From Phyllobates terribilis (Eukaryota), in NCBI RefSeq assembly GCF_046119375.1, contig NW_027362761.1, positions 69,750,001 to 69,814,000 of the forward strand: a DNA stretch of 64,000 nt, in the 5' to 3' direction. Within the stretch, counting starts at the first letter, position 1. The number at the start of each line of letters is the position of its first letter. Positions 62,314 through 64,000 of this stretch are shown here, piece after piece. Made by a program: the position numbers and the translations under genes. Below the pieces are notes generated by a model, which was given only the letters and a program-made list of their open reading frames with translations, was not told the DNA's origin and ran no database searches.

Positions 62314-64000
62314 TGTAGCACCCTGAGGATTCGGCTGCTACAGGGGTATTGCACCTCAAGCCAGAGGTGTGGTATTCCACTCCCGGGTAAGGATGGAGTG
62401 TGGAACTGAGCTCAGTAGGCTGCATGCACTACACACATCCCATTTCCGGGGGACAGATCAATGGTACTCCCACTAGAGAAATGTGCAGGTACGACAGTGT
62501 CTGTCCCTGGCTGGATTGGGAGGGGGGGTGGAACATCCCAGTAGTGTAGGGGCAGATAGGGGGAGCAGTCTGGGTAATGCTAGGAGCTCATTGGGTGCTG
62601 GTCACCTGAGCTCACACATAGAGGGAGTATATAAGGTGGGAACCATCTTAGATCAGGGTCAGTCAGTCAGCCTTGTGTAGAGGGTCGGCAGTCCTGAGAA
62701 GTGAGAGAGAGAGGAGAAGAGAAGGACCCAGAGGGGGAGAAGAAGGAACTCCAAGAGCCCAAAACTAGACCAGAGGGTGAAGAGTTGGCACTAGGGTACC
62801 GGATCCCAAGCTGGTGGAGGGCACTAATCCTCAGCCAGAGACCGGAGGTCGTGGGCAGGATTTGCCACGATCCCCCACTAAATCCACCCGGAAGGCAAAC
62901 CAAGAATAGGGTCAGGGAACCCAGAGACAAGGGTTTTACCCAACAAGAGGCCCGAGGGAGCCGGACATAGGTGGATCCCTGGTGGGGTAGGCCAGAGAAA
63001 GGAAGAGACAGAAAGGGAGCTCAGGACCACGCTCCAGAATCACCTGGGGGTTGGCCGAGTCCAGGACCTGGTGGATGCAGCACGGCTCGGGCGGTCACTC
63101 AAGGCCAGAGTGACCACAAGAACAGCAGTAAGTAAAAACCCTGAACTGCACAGCCCGACTCTGAGTCTTCTTACCGTCCACACTGCACCACTGCAACCAC
63201 CTTCCTCTACACCTGACCCCCTGAGGCTATACCCCTCCCGTTGGGGGTTATACTACCAGAGCTGCACACACACCACCAGCCTCAGCGGACCCTGCTGCAG
63301 CGGCGGCCGTATTGACCGCAAATCAACGGGTGGCGTAGTCGACACTAAAGAACATCCAGCAACATCTGTAGGACTGCCACACACTGAGCTTGACACCCTG
63401 GGCACGGACCGGGTCACCGCCACTCGGAGACTACAACCCCCCATCTGATCCGGCTCCGGGTATCCCCCAAACAACACTGGCCCAGGGGGCGCGTCAACTT
63501 TGGCGTAGTCGGCAGGATAACGTGCCCGCAACAACCGGGTACTGCGTGCCTGAAGAAAAGTTCACCGTTACCTTAAAAAGAAGTCTCCCGCCGGTTCCGG
63601 AGGGTCCCCGCCAACGGACCCCATCACAGGTCGTTTCCCGCCGGTTGTCCGCCATTTGCAGCTTTTTCCCGCCATCCATGGAGTTTCCCGCCACTGGGAG
63701 ACGATTCCCGCCATTTCCAAAGATTTCCCGCCTTGGAAGAGCGGACGCCATTATGGGCGTGCCAGAGGGTGGCAAGAGGCCACCTCCCATCGTGGGCCAG
63801 GTCGAAGAATGGCGCCAAAAGAGGAAACCGCGCCCACCAACCGAGACTGTGGTGCTAGAAGTGTCCATCAGCGTGAAAGAACTGCCCCTGGAACTGACAA
63901 TCACCAAGTTGCCCCGGGACCACCCTCAATGTGGGCGGAGACAGAACAAAAGAGCGAAGATGGGTGCAGCCTGGGGGAGTCTGGAGAGAGCGCACCCGGA
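62314..64000 (+). mobile_element. LTR retrotransposon 5' part (LTR ~62314-63496, PBS, leader/ORF start), probably Ty3/Gypsy; continues beyond window
   Basis: TGTAGCACCC...GGGCGCGTCA; TATA-like TATATAA ~62628; AGTAAA ~63130; tRNA PBS at 63501. Confidence 0.82.
63501..63518 (+). promoter_or_regulatory. Primer-binding site complementary to the 3' end of tRNA-Ser
   Basis: TGGCGTAGTCGGCAGGAT is the reverse complement of ...ATCCTGCCGACTACG-CCA, the 3' end of vertebrate tRNA-Ser(AGA/TGA) as recalled. Confidence 0.88.

Noticed and set aside
63501-63518. tRNA-Ser gene
   Set aside because: Only the 18-nt complement of the tRNA 3' end including CCA, directly after an LTR: a PBS, no cloverleaf

Overview
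Vertebrate genomic DNA, most likely a frog (inferred from the transposon landscape). The window holds 28 consecutive coding exons (E1-E28, window numbering, 918-52236, + strand) of ECPAS/ECM29, the HEAT-repeat proteasome adaptor and scaffold. All exons have GT-AG boundaries and consistent phases, and they join into 3251 nt (~1083 codons) without a stop. The start codon lies upstream of the window and the rest of the gene lies downstream. The introns are full of transposable elements: several Tc1/DD34E elements, hAT, Harbinger-type and TTAA (T2/Kolobok-like) MITEs, a young 5'-truncated CR1 LINE, minisatellites, and a nested stack after E28 (Tc1 > Tc1 > chromodomain Ty3/Gypsy element) followed by a tRNA-Ser-primed LTR element that runs off the end. 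Most notable observations: (i) the chromovirus has no tRNA primer site, and its PBS is complementary to its own predicted transcript 5' end (Tf1/sushi-type self-priming); (ii) three intronic fold-back elements share a hammerhead-ribozyme-like motif followed by a splice donor (Penelope/retrozyme-like); (iii) a 74-bp tandem array carries repeated consensus splice donors; (iv) a Tc1 TIR contains a 24-bp micro-inversion; (v) the Ser-primed LTR contains an internal partial copy of its PBS and a periodic TTTCCCGCC array. All alignments and counts were made by eye.
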